A DNA stretch of 64,000 bases, from the NCBI GenBank assembly GCA_030141605.1, contig JAQGDQ010000022.1:496001-560000 (forward strand), given 5' to 3'. Positions 11,365-46,642 of this stretch are shown piece by piece. The translations under genes and the position numbers were made by a program. The DNA comes from Tubiluchus corallicola (lineage: Eukaryota > Animalia > Priapulida). The notes below the pieces were generated by a model, which made no database searches, was not told the DNA's origin, and was given only the letters and a program-made list of their open reading frames with translations. Every line of letters begins with the position of its first letter. The stretch's first letter is position 1.

Positions 11365-14059
11365 ATGAGTTTTGCCGAAAACAACAATTTGTGCTGTGAT
11401 CTGATTAACTACCTAAAATACTTCGATTTTCTGTCTAGCTTTGCTTATGAACTGTGATATTGTATGATGCAAAAAATGTAATATTTCTTAAAATATACAT
11501 GGCCTAATGCATTTGTATAATTGTTGTACTTTGTGACCAGTATTAGTTTTAAACTAGTGGCTGTAGTGACCATAGTGAAATAGGAATCTATCTATAATGG
11601 TTAATATTGACTGGTATTGTTATTGCAGATGTTTGCCAAGCATTGTGTGTGCACCTTGATTGCTTAATGGTTGAAAAAATGGAAGAGTAATTTAATTCAT
11701 TTGGAATTATGATACTGGCCATATTTAATAAGCGCATTAGATCGTATTTTGTATTACTTCACAACACATTAAATTAATGTTCCATTGTTGAGTTTAATAA
11801 TGTTAGAATGCTGTTTTGCCTAGTTTTCTTAAAGAGGGACAGGACACAATTTTAAAGCACAACGCAAAGTGATCTAGCTTATAGAATATTGAACAAGAAC
11901 ATAATTGCTTTTTTATAGTGACTTGCATGAAAGAATTATTATCGTGGAAGTTTAATTTCATGTCCGCACCTGTTACGTGCATTTTGCCATTTGCTAGTTA
12001 GATGGGCAACAGCTCCTGCATCTTGGAAACACATCGCACAAAAAACAGGCACTGTACCTCTCAGTTCAGTTATGACACTTGTCGAGAAATTGCATGATGA
12101 CATGGCAATATGCTTGGAATTTAGATTTTTAAACCCGGTTTTTGTGCATCATGGTGAATGTTGTACAGCGGCACTGTATTTCAATTTTCACTTTTGCTAA
12201 CATGCACAACACGGTCGTGGAATGTTTGTGCTCTTACAAAATTATGTTCACTTCTAACGCCATCACCTACTGTGCTCCCCGGCCCTTAGTTTAGTTTTTA
12301 AAAGAAAAGCCAAGTTTTTAAGGAAGTTGAGCTTATTTTAATATTTGAGAAAATGTTAGAAAGTTTAAGCAATGAAACTGTGATAAACATCTTGTGTAAT
12401 TAGTAAAAAACAATTATAGCCACAATAACTGCACAATTGGGCATGCTCATTTTGAATGAAAAATGGCACCGGTTAGTGTACAATATAAACGTTTATCCTC
12501 CCTGGTTGTGCAAACTTTTTTGCAACTATTGTAAACTATAAACTGTGCATAATGTTAAATAAGAGAATATTAATATTATTTTTTAGCTTTTTGATGAACC
12601 GTGTTGCCCAGTATAATAATAATGCTCACTGTGCAATGAAAACCATTACCGACGATAATATGATAACATCCAACTCCGCTAGTTATGACGATAAAGTAAC
12701 AGAATGATAATTTTAACAGGTTAAAAGTGAACTCTAAGCTAAGTAAACTGCCGTTTCCTTAACTCACCTACTGTATGCTCGGGGCCTCACAGACTTCCAT
12801 GCTTATCCTTAATTATTATTAAGTGTAGTACTTATGAGGTCAATCCTGAAAATTAAAGCTATGCAAGCACTTTTGAGGTGTTGCTAATTGATCTCCTGAC
12901 TAGTTTTTGCAAAAATACGGTTATTAGTCAGCTAGAATAGCAGAATTTCTAAGTGAGCTACGAAAGTTTTCTTTTGCGTGTTTTCGTGCTGTCCACCAAT
13001 TTACGTCTTTCTTTCAAATATGACTGCAGCAAAGTTTGTTTGGTGAGGGGTACGAATTACATAAATTTCTTTTGCATTTTCAAGCTAGTCATTTTATCTG
13101 CGTAAATTGCAGTAATTTTAATATTTCTAAGTGTTTGAAAAGACAATGAATGTTGTCCTAGGGCTGGTTTTCTTCTTTAAGCTATTTTTTAATTGTCAGA
13201 AATGCTTTGATATTAGTATAGTGTTTTGCATAATTTTTATAAAGTGTACTTACCCATAGTATTATGTGGTTAACTAGTGGTGCAAGTCCAGGTTTTTTAT
13301 GAAATTTGTTATTTTAGGAGATTCATACTTGGCATTATTTTTGTGCAAACATCATATCATTTTTCTTCATGTCCTTGCATGTATGTAAATTGTTTCCAAA
13401 TTTTACGGCCAGTAAACTTAGCTAAATCAATTTGACTGTAATTTGCTTGTTGATAACATGATTGATGATGATAAATTTTATTTTGCATATTTAAATGTAC
13501 ATTAAAGTTTTAATTATGATGAAGTCATACAGTTGCTCTTTTTGTATTTTTTGTTGGGAAAGGAGGTTTGCATAGGTCTGTCCATATTTTACATGGTACA
13601 ATATGCTAGGTTGTTGCACGCCTTGATACGATGCAGCGACAAATTTTTATAATGATTTAATACTATGATTTTGATTAAAAATTGTCATGTTTGTGTTATA
13701 ATTACCCATGTAGCCAATAATTTAAGTTTTTTGCTATGTTTTTAATATTTGTCTGGAACTAAGATGGTATGTCTGCTGCAACAACATCATCTATTGATTA
13801 CATGTGGTGGTCTTTGCGTTCCCCTTCCTCTTGTTTTGTAGCCTTTTATTTTGAATCTCCAAACTTTTTAATGGTAGTGTATCAGTGTTTTTCAAGGAAA
13901 ATTTAGCCATAAATATGCAAGTTCATTCAAAAAGCAACCTTATGTGATCTCTGTGAAAAACCTGTTGCTTAACACAAATGTACTTGATTCAGGTAATTGT
14001 TTCATTTTCTTTACCCAAAAACAACATTACAGCCCCTGATTAGTCAACAAAATAAAATA

Positions 14060-15030
14060 GTGTAGATACTTACATTAAATTTTGTCAAATTCAGAGATCA
14101 CGCCACTCCGTCTTACTCAGCCTGCTCAAACTAACTGATATACATAAATTAGAACTGGCCAGACTTACGTACAGATTTGAACGTCAACTGCTTCCTAGCT
14201 TGTATTACACAAATTATTACACCCCTGTTTCTGACGTTCATTCTTATTATGCAAGATCTGCTGTAAATAATTCTTTCTATAGTAGACGTTTTAATACTAC
14301 ACTGGGACAAAAATCATTAAAATACCAGGGTGGGAAATTCTTAAATCATAACCTCTAGCACTCTTAACATATTAAGTAAAAGATATAAAAAGGAAATGCT
14401 GTTAACCTACAGTACTTGATGTAAGCATAAATATTTTCAAAAATTTATTTCGCTTATGAGTGTTTTATGTTCTTTTACTTTTGTTTTTTAATTTTTTTTA
14501 TATTTTTGAGTCATTGTTGATTTTTTTGTTTCAATGGTTATTTTGAGTTGTTTCATTTAATAAATTATTATTTCGTTTTGTTTCATGGTTTATTGCACAT
14601 TTATGAACTTTCACGGATGTAATGATTTCCATAATTATAAATGTAAATTTGAATGATGCTTTACTTGCTTAAAATTATATTACGTCAATTAATTCTGATT
14701 TTGCATTAATTTTGTTAATTTTTAAAAATGTGCTTTTGTTTGTTATTCAGTTATCCTATTGTGAAACTATCATTATGTTACCGTGCTCAAGTGTTCAGCA
14801 TCTTTATGAATTTTAAAGAATGAATTTCACAACCATTAGCTTATCCAGCCTGTATGAAAACTACAGAATTTCTAAAATAAGGGTGACTGATTTAATACGG
14901 TCGTTCGCCATCCTTTCTCCACACTACATTGTAATTGTATTTCTTCTACACTACAAAATATTTTTCATTTTACTGCTTTAAAAAATATCTGAATGTTTCT
15001 GTGCACTGTTAAACTTGCAGGAGATAAATA
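14060..15030 (+). mobile_element. L2/Crack-like LINE 3' end with AT-rich 3' UTR
   Basis: LLKLTDIHKLELARLTY...LLP...VHSYYARS...TTLGQKSLKYQG motif, then a T-rich UTR similar in architecture to 785-1330. Confidence 0.65.
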
Positions 15031-15409
15031 CAGATATCTTGTCCTTTCATAAATTTCTAAATATGCATGTGAATAATCCTGGTAGAATGAAGCTATTTAC
15101 CTGTAGCAATTTTCCTTGCTGAATCAGTTGATTAGTCTCTTGTTGTCACAATTTTACAATTATTGTGACTTGCATCCAGATGCTATGTAATCTCTCAACC
15201 AGCAATGGTAAAATGAAGTTTTACAAGTGGGGTCTAATTGTGCAAGCTGAATTGTTCATGTGAAATATGTTTATAAGATATTCGTGTAAATACAGTGTCT
15301 GTTTTTCATGACAGTATAATAGTTACCGAGTTTACTGTTAAAAATATTTGGAACAAACTAGGCTGAATCGAATTAATATATAAAGTTCAAGATGGATCAT
15401 ACTGCGACT

Positions 15410-15495
15410 ATGTTGGGCGCCATTTACCGTACTAAATCGTCTATCTGACACGAAGAACAGTGAGGGACTTTGGTGGTCTTGGGGACTACAAAGTA
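15410..15495. promoter_or_regulatory. Possible housekeeping promoter (YY1-like GGCGCCATTT and GFY/ZNF143-associated GGACTACA motifs)
   Basis: Motifs at ~15416-15425 and ~15481-15492, upstream of TUT1. Motif match only. Confidence 0.3.
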
Positions 15496-16974
15496 CTATA
15501 GATATCTATGGTCTTGGTCTACTCAGTATACCAATGCGCTTTCTTAGAACGTATAACAAAATAAAAAATAAATCATAAATAAGAACAAAAATAAATTAAA
15601 TAACTCGCCAAACTACTGTAATATTATACAACTAAAATAGATACTTCATCAAGGCCACAGCTAAACCGGCAATAAGTTATTTCTAAAAAGCACGTTTTTG
15701 TCACATAAAACAAACATTTGTTCGTTTTTGGTAAACATCGCCCCAAAAAACGCAAATAATTATTACTAATAATACAATAGACCAAGAAAAAGGCATAAAT
15801 GGCTTCAATATAGTGCAGACAAAAGTATATAAACCCTCTAAATTGTCTCATTTATCACCTTTCAAAATTAAATTTAGGTGCGTCAGTATTGTCAGTTACA
15901 TACCTTCATATTAATTATTGCATAAAAATGATTACAGTCTTACTGTAATTAAGCAAATTGTTACAATGCAAAATAATTATTAAACCAAAGCTTATGAATT
16001 GCTACTATACGTACGTAGTAGTACAAGATGCTTCTTATTTCTGAACTCATGAGTGTAAAAAAATAGTTAAAAGTGAGCGAATGCGGTATTGTAGAAATTC
16101 TAGGATGTGTAGTGTCAAATAAGTTCCCGTGTCAGATAAGTCCTCTTTTCGATTGTCTTATTAATTGTCTTCAATTATTAATAATTAATTATCTTCAGCT
16201 TACACAATATGGCTGTTTCGTTAATTTGTTATTAAATATACTTCTTTTACAGTACTGACAAGACTGACTTACATGTAATTCTTTCTTTATTTTTAATCTG
16301 TTCACGCTATTAATTTCAGGTGAATTATTAGTGTTATTTGTTTATCAATGCTGCAAAAATATGGCTCATTTCGAATTTTAACTACAATAAAGTCCAATCT
16401 AAGTCTTTGAACCTAAGAATCGATGAAGTCCTGCCAACATTAAAATAAAATATTTTTACAGTATTTATGGCATCAATGATTGTTATTCTTTTACCAGATC
16501 AAATTTTTCAAATGTTATGATTTACAGGGTTGGAATGTACCAAGGTCATAAAAGCATAGAAATAATCACGGTTAAAGTTTTAATTCGGACAAACGTTTGT
16601 GAGAAAAAATAAAAACTATGAAATTATTAGGTAAGAATTACTGCTATTATACATATTTTGTGGTGGAAAAAGTAATAAAAAATTGGCTTATAATAATAAA
16701 TTGCTTCCATTATTTTTGTGAACACGTTAAATGAATTACCTCCATGTAGTCCTACATGAAATGTATAGTAGTCACTGAACGGGAAATGCTTCCACGCGAC
16801 GTAATAATTTTAAAGTTCCTTTATGGCTGGTTTAAATGTGGTTCTAAGTTGCAAATTAGACAATTTTCGTAATAATGAACATGAGCAGTTTGCTCGAAGC
16901 ACAAATCTAATGCTCATCTTTACATTTGGCCCCTGCGCATGTGCACACCGCACAGTCGCAAAGAGCCGGGGAGG

Positions 16975-17958
16975 TTGGGCGCCGAGTAATCTACTAGCCG
17001 ACAATTGGCGTACATGGGCTAGCCCAAGTATTACGTGTAGTACATTTCAATATTTGTTTAAGGTATATCATTTTTTATTTTGTCGCGTTTCACAGACCGG
17101 TGATCCATTTCACTACCTCTTGGACAAATAATTTTTTTCTCTTAAGTAAACATTCTAAAGATCTATGTGCCCTACATGGGCTTGCGAGCCATGTAGGACA
17201 ATGCCCTGCATGTTACAATAACTATTGAATATTATTAAAACTAATTGTCTTTGCTTTTCCTCAAATAATGTTAAAAATTACTTTTTTCTGTTGTGAAGGC
17301 TTAGCAGCATCTGTCTCATTTTTAAACTTGCAATTATTTCTGTAATAACTGTGTGCATAGTTTCTCTCGGTAAAACATTTGATACTTAGTTTAACGTTAT
17401 GATGATTTTAATGGAGCTAATAATACTGATGATACTATTGTAAATAAGTAGAAGAATGAAACTGGCTGGACATATTCTCCGTCTATCAGAAAGTCGCTAC
17501 GCCAAAACAGCAGTACAGTGGGAACCACCTGGTGGGAAACGAAAAAGAGGTCGGCCAAAAACAACGTGGCGCAGATCCTTCAAAGAAGACCTTCGAGCTG
17601 TCAACAGACGTTGGGAAAACGTAGAGAACGAAGCCGCCGATAGAACTCAGTGGAAAATGCTGTCTGCCCAATGTGCATCAATGCACAGGAAGGACTAAGG
17701 TCTAAGGTAAGGACTATTGTAAAAAATACATTAATTTTGTAAATTGTCAAGGACTAGCCATTATTATTATAAAGTGACTTTTTTCTAAAACAAATTTAGT
17801 TTTATGTTTTATCATGTCATCATAATTCTCCATTCTCGTCAAAAATCGCCAGTGCCCTTACTTGGGCTGCCCATGTACGACACTGCTTTCCCGCAAATTT
17901 AGCACATGCGTTTTACCGGAAGTGTCCTACTTCGGCTAGTGGTTTACTCGGCGCCCTA
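16975..17958. mobile_element. hAT-like MITE with ~25-bp TIRs and palindromic subterminal motifs
   Basis: GGGCGCCGAGTAATCTACTAGCCGA (16977-17001) is the inverted repeat of TCGGCTAGTGGTTTACTCGGCGCCC (17932-17956). Internal TACATGGGC..GCCCAWGTA palindromes at 17011, 17171 and 17859. Degenerate 8-bp flanks ccggggag/caggggac. Confidence 0.75.
17445..17712 (+). mobile_element. 5'-truncated RTE-clade LINE with target-site duplication
   Basis: Intact RTE C-terminus (LAGHILRL...GKRKRGRPKTTW), (CTAAGG/TAAGG) tail, and perfect 11-bp TSD ACTATTGTAAA at 17434-17444 and 17713-17723. Confidence 0.92.
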
Positions 17959-17969
17959 CAGGGGACTTA

Positions 17970-19640
17970 TTTGACACTACTTCTTTTTCTTCAAAATCTC
18001 ACTCCACCTATTGTAGGCATTGAGGTATCAACATTTATCAGAGTATTCCATTTACTTTTATCTGCAGCTAACAGCGTAAGTTCTTCTACACTTAAAGATA
18101 GATTTGGTTGAAGTTGTTGAACATCCTTATTTATCTTAGCTATCCAAGTTGTTTTAGGTTTGCCAAGTGGTTTTTTGCAAGGGTTTAAGGCGATTCTCAC
18201 CGATGCTTCATTTGGTAATCTTAGAAGATGTCCTAGCCATCATCTTAGTATCTTGGCTTTTGAACTCATAGAAATTTCTTTCGTTCTGGTGTATAAATCT
18301 TCATTTTTGATTATGTATGGCCATCTTATCTTTAAGAATAAGACTTTCCTAAGAAGACTTATGAAATGTGTCAATCTGGTTTTCTTGAGTAATCGTTAAA
18401 CCCCAAGTTTCGCTGTTTGTACATAAATATGCTGGTAACGTAAGCAGTAAATAATCGAAGTCTTACATTAAGACTTCATTTCTTGCTAGTTAATACATTC
18501 TTATGCTGAAGAAAAGCATGCATTGCTTGTTGCCTTCTACTTTTAATATCATCTGCAGTGCTTAGAAAAGTGCCCATGTACTTGCACTTTTTCCAAGACT
18601 GATTACCATCTCTTGTAATAATATATTCTTCTGTCTTTGACTGGTTGACTTGAAGATTTCTTTTCTCTAGTTTCTTTGGAAAATCCCTTTTTACTGTGTT
18701 AGTTCAAAAATTTGATACACTAATCCATCCAATAAAGAGTGGTTCATAGAATTCCAAAGTAGGATAGGAGTTATTCAGAATACTTTGAGAAAGGTTATCA
18801 CAGACAGTGGTAACGTTATCATGATCATCATTTGGAGGACTTGGGATCTTAAGTGCATGGTTGAGCATGAAAAGTATTGGACTAAGACGTGCTTATTCGT
18901 GCTAAAAGTTTTTCTTAAAGTATTCCCAACTTTTACAGTAAGTTTAACATTCTTTTATTTGTAATAATGTGCATTTCATCTGGTTGTAGTACCGTCTGTA
19001 GGTCATCAAACAGAATTCCTCTCTCATATCGAGTAACAAGATTTTGATTTGATAAGAACTGGATGTGACTGCTTTTTCTGCTAGTATATTTGCTGATATT
19101 ACTAGTTCAGTAGTGCTTCGTCCCTCGCTATATGCAGCTTGACTTGGTGGAATGGTGCCAATTTAATCTGTCATGTCTGCATCTAATCACTCATATAGCC
19201 AAGATTTTCCTTAATAAACTCAGCAGTATAAATTTTTACTGGCCATTTCTTCTTTTTAGGTTTTGGAATAGGCACTAATACATGTATTCCCTGCTTAACT
19301 TCTTTTGGATAGTTTCTTGTTTCTGCAATAGTGTTTAGAAAATTTGATACTCCAATGTTAATGATCTTTGGCCCATGCTTTAGCTGTTCTGCTACAAGAT
19401 TATCTATACCTAGGCTTTATCCATTCTTTAAAGATTTTATTACCTTTAAAACTTCTTCAGGACCAAAAGGTGATTCCATTGCCATTGGTTTGATCTCAGG
19501 AATGTTTTTTGCATTATTGTTCTTATAAGCCCTGTTAAAAATGTAGTTATAATTCTAGTTCATTGGCAGTAACCCATCATCAGTTTCAACTAATATCCTG
19601 CCTTTTGGTTTTCTTCTATTGATTTTCCGGACTACTTTAT
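17970..19640 (-). mobile_element. Degenerate RTE-like LINE
   Basis: Minus strand motifs SQAAYSEGRSTT, KCKYMGTFLST, LGHLLRLP...KKPLGKPKTTW. Multiple stops and deletions. Confidence 0.8.
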
Positions 19641-19979
19641 TTGAGGCTACAGTTGCCCATATGCTGCACTAGTTCTTCACAAATGTGATATGTGGGCTAG
19701 TGCGATAAATAGAGCCGAAGAGTAAACATTTGTACTGTAAACGAAAGCCGAGGTGTTTCATATTAAAGACAAGGATGATGAAGCGTGAAAGAAATTTAAA
19801 TATCTAGGTAGTCTCTTGTGTACCAATGAAGATATCAAAAGAAGAAAATACTGACTGTAGCGGTTGAATATTTTCAGTAAAACTAACAGCCTAACCCTAA
19901 AGCAAAGGTCTGAGTTATGGAATTTCTAGGATTTTCAACACGTTGTATCTTCTAGTTCTATTTCTGTTGTTGTACATTG

Positions 19980-22510
19980 ATGTAATATTAATATAATATA
20001 ATATTCACCATTGGCAGAATTAACAATTTACAGAAGTAATAGTGTAGGTATAGTGATCTTATTTGTTTATGTGAAACATGGTTTGATGAAGTTACTGATA
20101 GTTCCATTTGTCCTGCTGGTTATAAAATTTGCCAGGTGTGATTGCGTATTTCCTTTTGTTAGTCAAGGTGGGTAGCCATTATCTATAAAACCACATTAAA
20201 CGCTACTTTACTCGATATTAATGTTACTGCCGAGGTTGTCAGTATTCGACTTCATTCGTCGTGTCAGCAAAAGTTGAATATTCTATGTGTTCGTGTAACC
20301 CTGATTATATTGCTACATTTGGTGTTTCTAATACTGATGTTCTTTGTGAAATTGGAAAAGCAATTGATTTATGTTTTAATAAAGATATTGTGATTTGTGA
20401 TGATTTCATTATGCCTAACTTAGTTTGGCCTGACCCTTTGCCCCATAGCGTTTGACATTTTGTTTTTGGAAATCAGTAATGAAAATTTGTTGACCTAACA
20501 CGTTAACTTCCCTACCCGTCATAAGAACTATTTAGAACGCCTATTATCCAATTGTCCTGAAAAGATCAACTTTTGCATTGCTAACCCTGGTTTTTCAACT
20601 AGTGACCATGATACTACCATCAAATTTTCTTTTGATTTCTCTTACTCGTATGAAAATTTAGACCATGGAGAGACTATCGAAAAGCTTCACTACCTCAGTT
20701 GCATGATTTTTTTTGCAAACATTGACTGGCGTAATGAGATGCGTAATTGTGATGTTATAAATACCTGGAACTTTTTCCTCCACTCCTACAACTCCTGCAG
20801 TTGATAATTTTGTCCCTCTAAGGGGAACCTCTAGGTCTCAGTGTGAAAAGTTATGTGCACCCTGGAAAAATGATAAATGTGTCTGTCAAGCTAAATCTAA
20901 GAAGCTTAAACTTTGGAAGCTGTGGAACCGTACTAATCTGTGAAGCACTCTTGCTGGGTATACCAGACAATCCCAGCAGTTAAGGCTGTCTATTCGCCAT
21001 GCAAGGATGAGGTATGAAAATAGACTTGCAAGTAGGTTGAGCAAAAATGGCAAGGAATTTTTCAGGTATAGTAAATACTCCTTGAAGCCTTCCCACCATA
21101 TTAGTTGCATTAAAAATTGTAATAATGGTGTTATTATTTTTCCTAAAAAGGTCGCTTCTACAATAAATGGTGCTTTCTGTTCTTTTTTCACCCATCAGCC
21201 TGATGATAATGTCTTGCCTATTCCTTCTCCTGGCTGGAATGCTGATTCTCTAAATGGCATTAATTTCAGTATTAACAATGTATATGCTAAGCTTATTAAA
21301 TAAACACCATTTAAGGCTACAGCGCCCGCTGAAGTTCATGGCTTTATTTTGAAATCCTGTGCTCTCCAGCTTGCTCTCCCGTTTTTCCTTTTGTTCCGTA
21401 AGTCTCCTGATTCTGGTGTCCTCCCCCAATGTTGGCTTTACTGTAATGTTAACCCCATCCCTAAACAGTCAAATGCATGTCCTTTGTGTGATGATCTTTG
21501 CTCCATATCATCTGTAGTTGTCAAATGCTTGAATCCGTATTGTAGGACCAGATTCTAACCATTCTTATTCAAACTGAACGAATATGTAAGTCCCAACATG
21601 GTTGTTTTCCTCTTCGTTCAGTCGTCTCTAATCTATTGTCGTGTTTAAATTAGTGGACTTGCTTCTTCGATGATCCTACTTTGTCTGGTATTGATGTGCT
21701 TTTTCTTGATTTCAAAAAGGCATTTGATTCTGTCTCCCACCAATGTCTCTTATTTAAGATGGAATATTGTGGTATAAGAAGGTAAGTTTCTTAAGTGGTT
21801 CAGTTACTTTTCTTACTCGTCATTTCCAACGTGTTATTCTTAACGGTTTAACCACTGAATGGCACCCCGTTATAAGTGGTATCCCTCAGGGAACAGAGTT
21901 GTATCATAGACTTGTGAGTAATGATTTCTAATGACCTTAAATAGAATTCCCATGCGAATCATATCATTTCTAAAGCAAACCGTCATATTGGCATGGTTAA
22001 GCGGTGTGTGATATCGAGAAATGCAGCAGTAATTATTCCTCTGTATAAAGCTGTTGTTCGACCCATTCTGGAATACGCGTCGGTTGTATGGTCACCCCAG
22101 TGTGCTACTCTCAAGAAAGCTCTCGAAAAAACTCAGGATAGATGTACTCATCTTGCTATTGATTTGGATCCAGCTTCAATTGCTACTCTTGAGCAAAGGC
22201 GTGAGAATGTAGACCTTGTGAACTGCTTCAAAATAATTAGTGGAAATACTGTTCTGACTGAGGCAGACTTTTTCCCAGGCCTCACAGAGTTCTTCGTGGT
22301 CATGAGTCTAAGTTATTTGTGCAACCAGCTAGAACCAACATCAGGTTACACTTTTTTGGGCATCGTGTAGTTCAACCACGGAATCATCTTTCATCATCAA
22401 CCATCAGTGCTTCGTCAGTTGACAGTGTCAAAATACATAGGAAAAAGGACCGTTTATAGATAGTTACCGTGTAGGTCCTTATTTCTTTGGATAAGGTAAG
22501 GTAAGGTATA
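19980..22510 (+). mobile_element. CR1-like LINE (APE endonuclease + RT remnants) with TSD
   Basis: Endonuclease motifs (CETW, ICDDF..P, SDHD), RT motifs DFKKAFDSVSH and SGIPQG, C-terminal LYKAVVRPILEYASVVWSP, (GGTAA)n tail. 11-bp direct repeat GTTGTACATTG at 19969-19979 and 22511-22521. Confidence 0.9.
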
Positions 22511-23476
22511 GTTGTACATTGCAAATCAGTCATCGTCATCTAGGTATTGAACTATACGCAAAAAATGTTACAGGATAGTAAACATTACTACATATGATAG
22601 TAATTTATCAGCAAAAAGTAGTTGCTGCATGGTGAGTGAGAAGCTGTGCTTCTAAAACCACCATGAAAAGTAGGCAACAACTAAAAACTAATAAATCGCC
22701 AAGAGAAAATTCAAAGAAAAAGGACTAAAAGAGTGCAAGAAAGAGGTGGAAAAGAGAAAGAAGAAAGAATGAAAAAGCAGTTCAACAAAAATAACTTGAG
22801 ACTGAATGCCATTTAACAGATGCTAATTTTACTTTCAACAGTAGGAGAGTGAAATAATACATGCTATGGTTACGGACTCAAGAGCTTCCTCGCTCTGACT
22901 GAAGTGCTTTTACTTAAAAATTACAACTCTTGCAATATACGAATCCGTTTTTGTTATCTGTGCATCAAAAATGTGACTTTGGAAGTCTGCCTTCTTACAT
23001 CTTAACAATCTTGAAGAATCTTTTATGCCATAAGTGATGTTTTAAGTTTATTTCTTTCCATTTCTTTGTTTGTTTTTTAACTCTTGATAGTATGACCATT
23101 GTGTCTTTTGAAACTTGGGTTTTCTGAATAACCATTTCCTTACCATTAGCTCTTGGTGAATTGCCTAACTTTGTCCATTTTTGCAAAATACACATCGTGT
23201 ATTGTGCTACTAACTTACTATGTACATTTTGAAAACTTTATAGGGTTCTTTGTTGCAGTTAAGCTATCGATAGAACTATTGATAAACAATGTGCAATATT
23301 ACCCTCACATATAAACTTTTAAATTAGTTAACGTTAAATAGTAGCATTTTTAATGACTTTGTTTCATTTTTTGTTTCATGAACATGCCTTTGTTGAATTC
23401 ATGGCATTTTTCATGGCCAGAAGGTTTTCATAAGTATGGTTTTGATGCAACTGACATACAACATTTTGTAGGCAAG

Positions 23477-45723
<22,247 letters not shown>

Positions 45724-46636
45724 ACATTGCTCTGCCTACGATAGATTGCTCAGCAAGTACACTATTGTGGAAGCACTGAATCTTCACTGGCTTGATGCTT
45801 GTATAAGTTGAGGATGTCCTTGTTGACTTATTTTTAGTTTTTTTTCATAATAAGGCTCTAGGTAGTAAGCTACCTTCGCTGTAAATGCAGCGTACATTTG
45901 TCTTTAGCTAGAGTTTGAAAAAAATTGGTTAAATAGTTTCAAAGTTGAATGTTACCTGCTTTACTTTAATCATGAGTTTATTCATTTACATTTTTTTATT
46001 TTTGACTATGACAGGTTTTTACATGTATTATTATAATTATTTTATCTTATCAAACTTTATTCATAGTTTGTTGTTTAGACAAAAACTTCACTCAAGAGCA
46101 GCAAACTAATGAATGCACGATTTGTTAATCAAAATCAAGTAATTAGATGCTTAATCAGTCATTCCGTTAAACACTCCGTAGTACCTGGAGGATGCATTGG
46201 TTTATAATATTATGTCTTAGTCAAAAATGAATTTTCAATTTTTCCCAAAAATATTACATTTGCATTGCTTGAGTGGTTGCATCCTGCATCAGTTACAACT
46301 GTATGACAAATACTGATGTTGTATCAACATTGCATCAAAAATTGTCAATAATTCGTTTTATAAGCTTTTTTATGTCATGTATGTAATCGGATATGTGTGT
46401 ATATTTATTGAAAATTATTTTCTGTACTTGCAAATATTGCAAACAGTTTAACTACTATGCTTTTCACATGTACATTAGCTTTTTCAAATGTTAACTGTAC
46501 ATGTAGTTAGAAGAAAAAAGTGCAGTATATTTTTGTTGAATTTCATAGCCCGTGTATCACTTAATTAAATTTGTTGAATTTCAAAAGTTGTGTTATTGTT
46601 TACTGTTATAATGTTTATGTTGTGAATAAGTACTGC

Positions 46637-46642
46637 AATAAA
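46637..46642 (+). terminator. Candidate polyadenylation signal for TUT1
   Basis: AATAAA ~0.9 kb after the stop codon, followed by T-rich sequence. Confidence 0.45.

Noticed and set aside
11828-13180. Possible Kolobok-like MITE (TTAA-AG...CT-TTAA ends)
   Set aside because: The putative TIRs match too poorly to define an element.
16930-16950. NRF1-like TGCGCATGTGCA as the TUT1 promoter
   Set aside because: A single imperfect motif directly abutting transposon sequence; no supporting exon.
23378-23476. Upstream ATG of the track ORF 23378-23641 as the TUT1 start
   Set aside because: An acceptor at 23471 and the usual short N-terminus before the TUT1 zinc finger favour ATG 23477; not fully excluded.
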